The notes under the pieces are model-generated. The model saw only the letters and a program-made list of their open reading frames with translations. It ran no database searches and was not told the origin of the DNA. This document shows, piece by piece, positions 9,386-18,075 of a stretch of 21,103 bases of DNA (its first letter is position 1; every line of letters starts with the position of its first letter). The stretch lies in contig JAYEMF010000030.1 in NCBI GenBank assembly GCA_034717975.1, positions 1 to 21,103 on the forward strand, written 5' to 3'. A program made the position numbers and the translations under genes. The DNA is from Campylobacterota bacterium (GTDB lineage: Bacteria > Campylobacterota > Campylobacteria > Campylobacterales > Sulfurimonadaceae).

Positions 9386-11710
9386 ATGATAAAAGTCGAT
9401 CTTCACCTCCACTCAAAGTTTTCTGATAAATCTGCCGGTTTCTTCTCAAAAAAGCTTGATATGCATGAGTCGTATGTCACGCCAAAACAGTTATATGACA
9501 CCCTGTTTGAACGGGGAATGACCCACTTTACCATCACCGATCATGACCAGATAGGCGGCTGTCTTGAGATTGCGCATCTGCCGGGTGTCTTTATCAGCGA
9601 AGAGGCGACTGCCTACTTTCCCGAAGACCGTTGCCGCATTCATGTGCTCTGTTATGACATCACCGTTGAACAGCATGAGGCGATCCAGCAGTTGCGCTAT
9701 AACGTTTACGATCTGGTCGATTATCTGCAGGCACAGAACATTTTGCATGTCTTTGCCCATCCGCTTTACGATATGGATGGCCGTCTGAATGAGACACACA
9801 TCGAAAGGTGCCTTTTGATGTTTGACAACTGGGAGATCATCAACGGGACGCGATCGGGGATATCGGCCAAACTGACACAGGAGATTACCGAGAAATTTTC
9901 CGTTGACGGCCTGCTCGAACTTGAACGCAAATACGGCTTTAACAAGCGCCGGCGAAGTCATATCAGTTTTACCGGGGGGAGTGACGATCACGGCGGGATG
10001 GATGCAGGCAGAACCTATACGAAGTGCCCGGGGGAGAGCCTTGAAGATTTTAAAGCCGCTTTTGAGCGGGGTACGACGGTTCCCCACGGTGAGTATGGCT
10101 CGCCGATCCGTCTGACACATATGATCATGGGAATCTCGCATCAGTGGGGAAAAGCGAAAAAACATACTGACTCCCATCTGCTTGACTATCTTTTCGGCAA
10201 ACCGAAGATGAACATGGTGACCAGGCTGTTGGGGATGAAAAAAGTGCTCGAGCAGGTACAGAACATCTCCGGCATTCGTTCAGCCGTTTCGGCTGAGAAC
10301 AAGCATGATGTCATTCACGGTTTTTTCAAAAATCTTTTTCCTCATTTGATGAAAGAGTTTTCCGACAAGAAAAACCTCGATATGGAGAGAGTGAGTACGC
10401 TGCTCGGACAGAGTATGCTCTCCGTTATCCCGACGGCCTACTATCTTTCGGTCTATTGGCAGCGAGCCTATGAAAAGAAGCGTTCGAGACAGATCTACCG
10501 TGCCGTCACCGGAGAGAAAAAAGATTATACCGGCAAGGTCGCCTATTTTACCGATACCTTTAATGAGATCAACGGAGTAGCCCTCACTTCCAAGAAGCTC
10601 TTCAAGCTGGTAAAAGAAAAAGGGTACAAGATGACTTTCATTACGGCCTATCCCGAGCAGGTGGATGATCCTTACCGAAAGAACTTTGATCCCATCTTCT
10701 CGTTTTCGCTGCCCGAGTATGAGGAGATCCCGGTCAATATCCCCCATTTTCTCGATATGCTCGAGTATTGTGATGATCAGAATTTTGATGTTATCTATGC
10801 TTCGACACCCGGCGTAGTAGGTCTGTATGCTTTTTTTATTGCCAAGATCCTGCATATTCCGTATGTCACGACGTTCCATACCGATTTTCCGGACTATATC
10901 GGTAAATACTCCGGCGACCACCTCTTTAAAGGACATATATGGAACGCTTTTTCACTGCTGTTCAACAATGCCGACCGGGTTCTGTCGCCATCGAAAATCT
11001 ACCGCAAAACACTGATTGTCAACGGGGTGAAAAAGAAAAAAGTGGAGACTTTCACCCGCGGAGTGAATTTTGAGCGTTTCAATCCGGAGTTCAGAGACCG
11101 AAGTTTCTGGAAAAAGTTTGATCCATCTTACAGCAACGAGAAAGTGATTCTTTTTGTCGGTCGTATTGCCAAGGAGAAAAACCTTGATCTGTTTGTACAG
11201 GTGCATGAAGTGCTGAAAGAACGTGATGATCTGAAGTTCATTATTGTCGGCGATGGTCCCTATATGAAGACGATCAACACGGAGGAGAACCGGGCCATCA
11301 TCAAAACAGGTTTTCTAGAAGGCGAGGAGCTTTCTATCGCATTCGCCTCGGCGGATATCTTCCTCTTCCCGAGTCAGACAGAGACCTTTGGCAATGTCGT
11401 ACTCGAAGCGCAGGCATCGGGCACTGTTCCTGTTGTCTCGTCAGTCGGAGCGGTTAAAGAGAGTGTGGTTGACCACTCAACCGGATTTGTCATCGATGGC
11501 AACAACCCGTTTGATTATGCTGATGCCATTACAAAAATAACGGATAATGCATCGGTACTTGGAACGATGCGCCAGAATGCACTGAATTTTATGGAAGGCA
11601 AAGGAGAAGAGGAGCTGCTCGAGGTGATGCTTGAAAAACTTTCGCTTGGTAAATTGCAAAAACATGCCATCGATGAGCGGCTTGAATATATTGTGGAGAA
11701 GGCTTCGTGA
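9386..11710 (+). CDS. PHP phosphoesterase domain fused to a family 4 glycosyltransferase
   Basis: PHP motifs DLHLHS, ITDHD, AHP and GGSDDH. GT4 motifs FTDTFNEINGV, FHTDFP, FVGRIAKEKN and FPSQTETFGNVVLEAQASG. Confidence 0.9.
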   Translation: MIKVDLHLHSKFSDKSAGFFSKKLDMHESYVTPKQLYDTLFERGMTHFTITDHDQIGGCLEIAHLPGVFISEEATAYFPEDRCRIHVLCYDITVEQHEAIQQLRYNVYDLVDYLQAQNILHVFAHPLYDMDGRLNETHIERCLLMFDNWEIINGTRSGISAKLTQEITEKFSVDGLLELERKYGFNKRRRSHISFTGGSDDHGGMDAGRTYTKCPGESLEDFKAAFERGTTVPHGEYGSPIRLTHMIMGISHQWGKAKKHTDSHLLDYLFGKPKMNMVTRLLGMKKVLEQVQNISGIRSAVSAENKHDVIHGFFKNLFPHLMKEFSDKKNLDMERVSTLLGQSMLSVIPTAYYLSVYWQRAYEKKRSRQIYRAVTGEKKDYTGKVAYFTDTFNEINGVALTSKKLFKLVKEKGYKMTFITAYPEQVDDPYRKNFDPIFSFSLPEYEEIPVNIPHFLDMLEYCDDQNFDVIYASTPGVVGLYAFFIAKILHIPYVTTFHTDFPDYIGKYSGDHLFKGHIWNAFSLLFNNADRVLSPSKIYRKTLIVNGVKKKKVETFTRGVNFERFNPEFRDRSFWKKFDPSYSNEKVILFVGRIAKEKNLDLFVQVHEVLKERDDLKFIIVGDGPYMKTINTEENRAIIKTGFLEGEELSIAFASADIFLFPSQTETFGNVVLEAQASGTVPVVSSVGAVKESVVDHSTGFVIDGNNPFDYADAITKITDNASVLGTMRQNALNFMEGKGEEELLEVMLEKLSLGKLQKHAIDERLEYIVEKAS

Positions 11711-12858
11711 GGGTGATGCTCTTTACCGATACGATAGGCGATCTCAATGGTGTATCGCGCTTTTTACAGGATATGGCGGAAAATGCGCTGCTGCGCGGTG
11801 ATGATCTTCAAGTGATCACATCAACGGCCAAGCAGTGTCCGGAGAAGGGGAACATCCATAACTTTCCGCCGCAATTTCGTATGAGGATGCCCTATTATCA
11901 AGAACTTGATCTCGCTTTTCCCCCCGGTGATCTTATCGAGAGTTTTGTAAACAACAACCTGCCTGACCTTATTCACATCTCAACACCGGGACCGGTGGGA
12001 ATGCTTGGGAAAAAGATTGCCAAAAAATTTGGAATCAATGTCATTGGCACTTACCATACTGATTTTCCCGCCTATATCCGGGATAATACCGGTTCTAAAC
12101 TTCTCAAACGCATGACCGATCGCTGGATGGAGCGTTTTTATAAAAAATTTATTCATATTTTCAGCCGATCGGAAATCTATGGTGAGATCATGCAAAAAGA
12201 TATCAGGATCGCACCGGAGAAGATCTCCTATATCCGTCCGGGTACGAACCTCAAACGCTTCTCACCCAACCACCGGCATGAACGTGTTTGGGAACTCTAC
12301 GGTTTTTCAGGGCAGTCGGTCAAAGTGCTGTATGTCGGTCGCATGACAAAAGAGAAAAATGTTCCGTTTCTGCTGGATGTATGGGAAAAATTAAAAGAGC
12401 AGTATCCCGATCTGAATGTTGAACTTGCGCTTATAGGAGAGGGAAGCTGTCACCAACGGGCACTTGCTCTGAAGTCGATTGGTGTGCATGCGCTTGGACC
12501 GGTAGTGGGAGATGAACTGTCACATTTCTATGCATCTGCCGACATCTTTGTCTTCCCCTCGGTAACCGATACGCTTGGGCAGGTGGTAATGGAGTCGGCT
12601 GCCAGCGGTCTGCCCGTGGTTGTCTCAACGGTTGGCGGTCCGAAGAGTCTGATTAACCCTGAGAGGCCCAGCGGTTATGCAGTCAATACCGGTGATATGG
12701 ATTTATGGGTCGATCATTTGAGGCGTCTGATCGACGAGAAGCAGCTGCGCGAGTCATTGGGCGAATCGGGCAAATCGTATATGCAGTCGTTTCCGATAGA
12801 GCATTCGTATGAAGATTTTTGGGGAGTACATCAGCGCTATTACGACGAACAGGCTTAG
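11707..12858 (+). CDS. Family 4 glycosyltransferase
   Basis: FTDTIGDLNGV, YHTDFP, YVGRMTKEKN and FPSVTDTLGQVVMESAASG. GTG start overlaps the upstream TGA. Confidence 0.92.
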   Translation: MRVMLFTDTIGDLNGVSRFLQDMAENALLRGDDLQVITSTAKQCPEKGNIHNFPPQFRMRMPYYQELDLAFPPGDLIESFVNNNLPDLIHISTPGPVGMLGKKIAKKFGINVIGTYHTDFPAYIRDNTGSKLLKRMTDRWMERFYKKFIHIFSRSEIYGEIMQKDIRIAPEKISYIRPGTNLKRFSPNHRHERVWELYGFSGQSVKVLYVGRMTKEKNVPFLLDVWEKLKEQYPDLNVELALIGEGSCHQRALALKSIGVHALGPVVGDELSHFYASADIFVFPSVTDTLGQVVMESAASGLPVVVSTVGGPKSLINPERPSGYAVNTGDMDLWVDHLRRLIDEKQLRESLGESGKSYMQSFPIEHSYEDFWGVHQRYYDEQA

Positions 12859-12866
12859 CAGGGATT

Positions 12867-13133
12867 TTAGTCTTCTTCCAGATCGTTTTTCTTTGGATAT
12901 TGGGGTAGCACATGACTAAGGTCGAGGATGTCGTTTTCCATCACATGCATACACTGTAACAGCAGTGTTGTTTTGAGGGTGCCGCGGCTGATTTTCTGGC
13001 GAATTGAATCTGCCGTGGTCTCCACACCGATTTTTTTCAGGCGTTTGGCCAGTTTGCCGGATGTCAACCCTTTGCGTTCCATTTCCATCTTCAGCAGCAG
13101 TCCGGCAGCTCTGTTCCAATCAAATTTTTGCAT
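12867..13133 (-). CDS. DUF6471-family (Cro/lambda-repressor-like HTH) putative transcriptional regulator
   Basis: DW...A..LLK.EM...G.T...LA.RL..IGV..T..SIRQKISRG pattern, recognised by eye as DUF6471. Start is either 13148 or the leaderless ATG at 13133. Confidence 0.75.
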   Translation of the reverse strand: MQKFDWNRAAGLLLKMEMERKGLTSGKLAKRLKKIGVETTADSIRQKISRGTLKTTLLLQCMHVMENDILDLSHVLPQYPKKNDLEED

Positions 13134-13138
13134 ATGCG

Positions 13139-13263
13139 ATTGTATCATAAATAATACGTAAAATAGTCGATTTATAAGCAGCGAAAAGAAGATAGTTTTG
13201 ACATATTGTATTGTTTATGATACAATTGTATTAAAAATATCACGATAGTATCAGTTTTGATAC
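13139..13263. promoter_or_regulatory. Divergent promoters with four GTAT-N8-ATAC operator-like palindromes
   Basis: Rightward TTGACA (13198-13203)-N17-TACAAT (13221-13226) with TG extension. Leftward TGaTACAAT (13139-13147). Palindromes start at 13142, 13208, 13228 (degenerate) and 13248. Confidence 0.75.
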
Positions 13264-13288
13264 ATGAATTTGGAAGGAAGTGATAAAA

Positions 13289-13432
13289 ATGACTATGCTG
13301 ATTACAGGCTTGTTTCTCATTGGATTGTCCGGGTTGATCGTTTATTACTATAAAACAATTGATAAAACGGAGAGATTCTCAACAGATTTCAGAAGCGACG
13401 GTCAACTCCATCTGATCTATCCCGAGAGTTGA
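13289..13432 (+). CDS. Unannotated small single-pass membrane protein, 47 aa (MTMLITGLFLIGLSGLIVYYYKTIDKTERFSTDFRSDGQLHLIYPES)
   Basis: Translated by hand. GGAAGGAAG SD, consensus promoter upstream, and a hydrophobic N-terminal helix followed by YYYK. Below the ORF-track size cutoff. Confidence 0.7.
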   Translation: MTMLITGLFLIGLSGLIVYYYKTIDKTERFSTDFRSDGQLHLIYPES

Positions 13433-13490
13433 GCTAACTATGCAGAGTGCATGAAATCAGGATGCAATATTGCAGTAGTATCATAGTGTC

Positions 13491-13928
13491 ATGAAAAAGC
13501 ATGATATCGTCATAAGACTCATTGAGTCTGAAGAGATTCCGTCTCTTCTTCCCATCATTTCTCTTATCAATCCCTCCATCCCCGAAAAAAAACTGACTGT
13601 TATGCTCGAAGAGATGGTCCAAAGCGGATACCGGTGTGCTGCAACCTTCGAGAAGGAGAGATGTGTCGGTGTGATCGGTATTTGGATACACACCAAGTTC
13701 TATGTCGGTAAGCATGCAGAGTATGACAATGTTTTTTTACTGCCGAAATACCGAAAAAAAGGCATTGGCAAAAAGATGTTGAAATTTGCCAATGGTTACG
13801 CCAAAGCGCAGGGATGTGTCGCTGCCGAGCTTAGCTGCGATGTTCTTGAAAAAGGGAGCCAGAAGTTTTGGGAAAAGATCGGTTTCGATACGATCGGTTA
13901 CCGCTATCAGAAAAGCCTGATCGGTTGA
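13491..13928 (+). CDS. GNAT family N-acetyltransferase
   Basis: Acetyl-CoA motif A (YRKKGIGKKML), AELSC and FWEKIGF. Confidence 0.9.
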   Translation: MKKHDIVIRLIESEEIPSLLPIISLINPSIPEKKLTVMLEEMVQSGYRCAATFEKERCVGVIGIWIHTKFYVGKHAEYDNVFLLPKYRKKGIGKKMLKFANGYAKAQGCVAAELSCDVLEKGSQKFWEKIGFDTIGYRYQKSLIG

Positions 13929-13930
13929 GT

Positions 13931-14800
13931 CTAACCGGTTGATATCGGTCGGGTAATCAGATAACCGCCCAACAGCACGGGAATAATGCCTGCCAACTGC
14001 TGAAAAGAGGGGAGTTCGTTTAAAATAAAATAGGCGAAGATCAGCGTAAACAGAGGCATAAGCGCAATCATGGCACTCATTTTTGTGATCGATATGCGAT
14101 GCAGTGCTTCGACCCAGAATATTTTGGCCAGAACATAGACCAGCAGGGCAATAGCAAACAGGTAGGGAAATGCATTTGTCAGGCTGCTGCAATCCAATGG
14201 CGGCTCGAAAACCCATGCCAGTAAAAAAAGAAACGGCATGGCGATGAGGTTGCGGTAGGTCAGGATGGTGATCGATCCGACATGGGCCCTTGCCCGCTTT
14301 TGGTAAAGATTGGCTATAGGGGCGATGGCTGCCGCACTCAGCGCCATGGCATCACCCAGATTGAACCTGAAATCTTCAGGAAAGAGCATAACCAGCGCAC
14401 CGATGCCCATGATGGCCGCACCAAGGCTGTGCAGAGGGGTCAGATGCTCTTTTCCGAACAGATTGAAATAGAGGTATGAGAACAACAGCTGTAAAAAGAG
14501 CAGGACCGCCATATTGCCGGCGGTGGTATAGCGCAGGCTCATAAAGATCAGGATGAAGAGCAGGGTGATATAAAAAGAGGTAAGCAGAAGATCTTTCTGA
14601 GCCTCCGGGTTAAAGAGTTCGGAGTACTGTTTCTTACTGATGAGGATGACTGTCAAGATGGCAGTGGCGATCAATACGACAAAGGCGTAAGAGTGAAGGG
14701 CACCGATCAGGGCAATACTGAAGAGTGATAGAATGGGGAAAAGCCCTTCCAGTACAGAGAGCAGCAGCATCAAAATTTCGCCTTCACGTTCTTTCCTCAA
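13931..14800 (-). CDS. DMT/EamA family transporter
   Basis: About 10 hydrophobic segments in two repeats, SLRYTTAGN, NLGDAMAL and PLFTLIFAYFILNE. TTG start with GGAG SD. Confidence 0.9.
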   Translation of the reverse strand: MRKEREGEILMLLLSVLEGLFPILSLFSIALIGALHSYAFVVLIATAILTVILISKKQYSELFNPEAQKDLLLTSFYITLLFILIFMSLRYTTAGNMAVLLFLQLLFSYLYFNLFGKEHLTPLHSLGAAIMGIGALVMLFPEDFRFNLGDAMALSAAAIAPIANLYQKRARAHVGSITILTYRNLIAMPFLFLLAWVFEPPLDCSSLTNAFPYLFAIALLVYVLAKIFWVEALHRISITKMSAMIALMPLFTLIFAYFILNELPSFQQLAGIIPVLLGGYLITRPISTG

Positions 14801-14873
14801 CTTTGACTCCGCTTGTTAAGATGAAGCGATTGTAGCACAAGAGAGTCATATCTCTGTTACGTTATCCGGTCTG

Positions 14874-14907
14874 CTGTAACCGGTCTGCAATATTGTCAGT
14901 CTATAAT
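14874..14907 (+). promoter_or_regulatory. mgtE promoter with pho-box-like direct repeat
   Basis: CTGTAAC-cggt-CTGCAAT (14874-14891) exactly 10 nt before TATAAT (14902-14907). Confidence 0.5.
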
Positions 14908-14915
14908 CGCCCCTG

Positions 14916-16229
14916 ATGCAAACGGAGATATTAACAGAGTATACGACGCTGATCGACCGGCTTACCGATGCCAGACGGTCGAGTGAGAACGCCTTTTTTA
15001 CCACTTTTTTAAATTTTGACATACAGACACGTGCACGCCTGATCACCGAGCTGCCCGAAACCTATCAGCGAGAGCTCTGTAGCGGCTTGAGTACAAAAAA
15101 ACTGGCCAAAATGTTCAACTTCCTGCGTACCGATGATGCTACCGATATGATGATCATCCTCAAAGAGGTTGATGAGGCCAAATGGCTCAGCACGATCGAA
15201 CTGATGGAGAGCAAACTGACCGAAGCGATCAAAGCGCTGATGGATTATGCTGAGGATGAATCCGGTGCTTTGATGGAGATCGAGATCTTCACGGTAACAA
15301 AGAACGAGACTGTCGGCGGCTCGATGAAACGGCTCGGCAAACTCGTCGACAACCATGCACTCGAACATGTCAGCAACATCTATCTTGTTGACAGGGAGCA
15401 CAGACTGATGGCCATCTTCGCATTGGAACAGATCGCTACGGCAGAGAGTTCGCTCACTTATGCCGACCTCTACGATAAAAGCGTCTCGCCCCTCTCGATT
15501 CATAGCCGTTCATCGATCGATGAAGCGGCCAGGCTGATGAAGCGTTATGATCTCTCCGTGCTGCCGGTGATCAACAAGAATGGCCGGCTGCTTGGTAGGA
15601 TCACGCATGACGACATGATGGATTACCTGCAGGAGGATGCGACCAAACAGATTTACGGATTGAGTCATGTTGATCCTGAAGAGGAGATTGAAGAGGGGGT
15701 GATGGAGACGGGTAAAGATCGCGCGTTATGGCTCTTTGTCAACCTTATCAATGCCACGCTGGTCTCCATCGTCATCGGCTTTTTTGAACATTCACTGCAA
15801 AAGGTGGTCGCACTGGCCGTCTTGATGCCGATCGTGGCCAATATGGCCGGTACGGCATCGATGCAGACCCTGACGGTCCTTGTCCGCCAGATGGCATTGG
15901 GGAATGTAGTGTGGGGCGATGCGGCAGTGACACTCTTTAAAGAGCTTAAGATCGCACTGATCAACGGTCTGTTTTTTGCCGTACTGGCAATGCTGATCGC
16001 TTATGTCTGGTTCGGTTCCTGGTATATCGGCGGGGTGATGGCGGCATCGATGTTCATCAGTTTTATCAGTGCGGGGGTTTTGGGAGCTTATGTGCCGCTG
16101 GCCCTTAAATCACTCAGGATCGATCCGGCGATCGCCAGTTCGGTGATTGTCATAACGCTGGTCGACGTAATCGGCTTTTTCTCGTTTTTGTGGTTTGCCA
16201 CCATTTGGATTCCCGAAATCAACAGTTAA
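14916..16229 (+). CDS. mgtE: Magnesium transporter MgtE
   Basis: N-domain (TDDATD), CBS pair (LPVINKNGRLLGRITHDD) and a membrane domain with PIVANMAG, DPAIAS and the conserved Asp in TLVDVIG. Confidence 0.93.
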   Translation: MQTEILTEYTTLIDRLTDARRSSENAFFTTFLNFDIQTRARLITELPETYQRELCSGLSTKKLAKMFNFLRTDDATDMMIILKEVDEAKWLSTIELMESKLTEAIKALMDYAEDESGALMEIEIFTVTKNETVGGSMKRLGKLVDNHALEHVSNIYLVDREHRLMAIFALEQIATAESSLTYADLYDKSVSPLSIHSRSSIDEAARLMKRYDLSVLPVINKNGRLLGRITHDDMMDYLQEDATKQIYGLSHVDPEEEIEEGVMETGKDRALWLFVNLINATLVSIVIGFFEHSLQKVVALAVLMPIVANMAGTASMQTLTVLVRQMALGNVVWGDAAVTLFKELKIALINGLFFAVLAMLIAYVWFGSWYIGGVMAASMFISFISAGVLGAYVPLALKSLRIDPAIASSVIVITLVDVIGFFSFLWFATIWIPEINS

Positions 16230-16239
16230 GGAAATGGAT

Positions 16240-18075
16240 ATGTTAGATGAAAGATTGATGGCGTTGGCACTTGAAGAGATTCAGCGGCTGCGTACGGAGC
16301 TTTTTGCAGCACGAAAAAAGGTAGATGCTTCTCATCCACGCTATCAAAGCCTGCTCAATCTTAAGCAGTATATGATTTTGCGCAGTGAAGACCGTACCGA
16401 ACTGCAGGAGAAGCTTTTCTTGATGTCGCTCTCATCGCTTGGGCGGTCGTATGCCCATGTGGCGGCAAGTATCGATACGCTCTACGATCAGCTGAGCGGT
16501 TCGCTCCGGCGTGAAGCGATCACGTCTGAGGAGATGGCCGGTTTTCACCATGTGAGTATTCAAGAGGCGATCGAACTGGCCTCCAGGAATAGTACAACAC
16601 TCTTCGGCGGCAGAGCAAGCGCCAGGCTGAGCAAGCAAAAGACGGCAGTGATGGTCACCCTCCCCTCCTATGCGGCAGACCATGACGGTCGGCTGATCCG
16701 GGGGCTGGCCAAAGCGGGTGTCAGAATCTTTCGCATCAATACGGCCCATGACAGTATCGATACCTGGCAGGCAATGGCTGAAGTGATCGCCGCCATCAAT
16801 GCAACGCGTGATGCCGACAGTCAGGTTAAGATTTTTGTTGACCTGGCCGGTCCCAAGATCAGAACCGGCAGGATTCTGCGGCTTGATCTTCCGGTCGTCA
16901 TAGGGAGCAATAAGCGTGAAAAAGAGGTGGTGATCTATCCGAAAAATGCCATGACGGCTTCTGAGGGCGTTGATGCCATAACACAGAAAAAAGTGCCTGC
17001 ACAGATCTGTGTGGAGAAGCGTTTTTTTAAAAAAATAAAAGCAGATGGGCCGGTCAAAGTGGTTGATGCAATCGGAAAAAAAGCACTGATAACGATTACG
17101 GAGCTGACAGGGGCATATGCCAAAGGCGTCATTGATAAAAAAGTCTACCTGAACAGGGACTCTACACTCCGCCGCAAGCATCACCAGGGCACGGTTTTGA
17201 ATTGTGAGAGACAGGTTGACCCGATCCGGCTTTTCAAAGATGACCGGTTAGTGATTACTGAGCGCAATACCCCTGGTCACTCTGCTGTTACCGATATGCA
17301 GGGTAACGTAACCGAACCGGCTCTGATAGGCTGCAGCTTCAAAGGCGTTGCATCTTTTGTCAATGTCGGCGATAAGGTGTTTATCGATGATGGCAAGATC
17401 GGCGTGGTGGTCCTGGAAAAGAGGGATCATGAGATCATCTGCCGGGTAACCAATGCCAAAGTCGGCGGTACGCTGCTGAAAGAGGAGAAAGGTATCAACT
17501 TCCCCGATTCGCATATCGACACCTCGGCTTTGACCGGAACAGACCGCCAAAACCTGCTTTCCGTCATCGATTTTGCCGATCACGTCAGCATCTCATTCTG
17601 TCAGCGTGCCGAAGATGTGAAAGCGCTTCAGGAACTTCTGGAGGAAAATGGCCGCAGCGATATCGGGATCATCGCAAAGATCGAAACAAAACGAGCTGTA
17701 GCAAACATGCCTCAGATCCTTGAGCAGCTGCTCTTGTGCGAGAAGAGCGGCGTGATGATCGCCCGGGGTGACCTTGCCATCGAAGTCGGGTTTAAACATA
17801 TGGCGTATGTGCAGGAGAAACTGCTCGATATCTGTGACGCGGCGCATATGCCGGTTATCTGGGCGACACAGGTTCTGGAAAGCCAGATGAAAAGCAATCT
17901 GCCAAGCCGTGCCGAAGTGACCGATGCGGCTATGTCGAGCCGGGCCGAGTGTGTTATGCTCAACAAAGGTTCCTTTGCCATCGATACCATCGATGTTCTG
18001 AAACATATACTCCACGATATGCATCTGATCTTCAAAAAGAACCGGCAGCTGCTAAGCAAAGAGACGCTCTGGTAA
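16240..18075 (+). CDS. pyk: Atypical pyruvate kinase (N-terminal extension, enlarged lid region, no C-terminal allosteric domain)
   Basis: RINTAH, DLAGPKIRTG, IDDGKI, KGINFP, AKIE, MIARGDL, ATQVLES, PSRAEVTD and ECVMLNKG. Start set at ATG 16240 after AAGGA. Confidence 0.88.
   Translation: MLDERLMALALEEIQRLRTELFAARKKVDASHPRYQSLLNLKQYMILRSEDRTELQEKLFLMSLSSLGRSYAHVAASIDTLYDQLSGSLRREAITSEEMAGFHHVSIQEAIELASRNSTTLFGGRASARLSKQKTAVMVTLPSYAADHDGRLIRGLAKAGVRIFRINTAHDSIDTWQAMAEVIAAINATRDADSQVKIFVDLAGPKIRTGRILRLDLPVVIGSNKREKEVVIYPKNAMTASEGVDAITQKKVPAQICVEKRFFKKIKADGPVKVVDAIGKKALITITELTGAYAKGVIDKKVYLNRDSTLRRKHHQGTVLNCERQVDPIRLFKDDRLVITERNTPGHSAVTDMQGNVTEPALIGCSFKGVASFVNVGDKVFIDDGKIGVVVLEKRDHEIICRVTNAKVGGTLLKEEKGINFPDSHIDTSALTGTDRQNLLSVIDFADHVSISFCQRAEDVKALQELLEENGRSDIGIIAKIETKRAVANMPQILEQLLLCEKSGVMIARGDLAIEVGFKHMAYVQEKLLDICDAAHMPVIWATQVLESQMKSNLPSRAEVTDAAMSSRAECVMLNKGSFAIDTIDVLKHILHDMHLIFKKNRQLLSKETLW

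Noticed and set aside
9233..9412. 5' extension of the 144-aa track ORF 8978..9412
   Set aside because: It overlaps the divergent PHP-GT4 start and the promoter region. A good SD and ATG exist at 9232.
9491..10936. Long antisense ORFs (228 aa and 218 aa) inside the PHP-GT4 gene
   Set aside because: Shadow frames of a well-supported gene, with no motifs.
14801..14915. M-box or other riboswitch upstream of mgtE
   Set aside because: The spacer is only 115 nt and holds two divergent promoters, and the -10 is 8 nt from the ATG, leaving no leader.
16432..18059. Antisense ORFs within pyk (250, 143, 115 and 111 aa)
   Set aside because: Shadow ORFs opposite a conserved gene.
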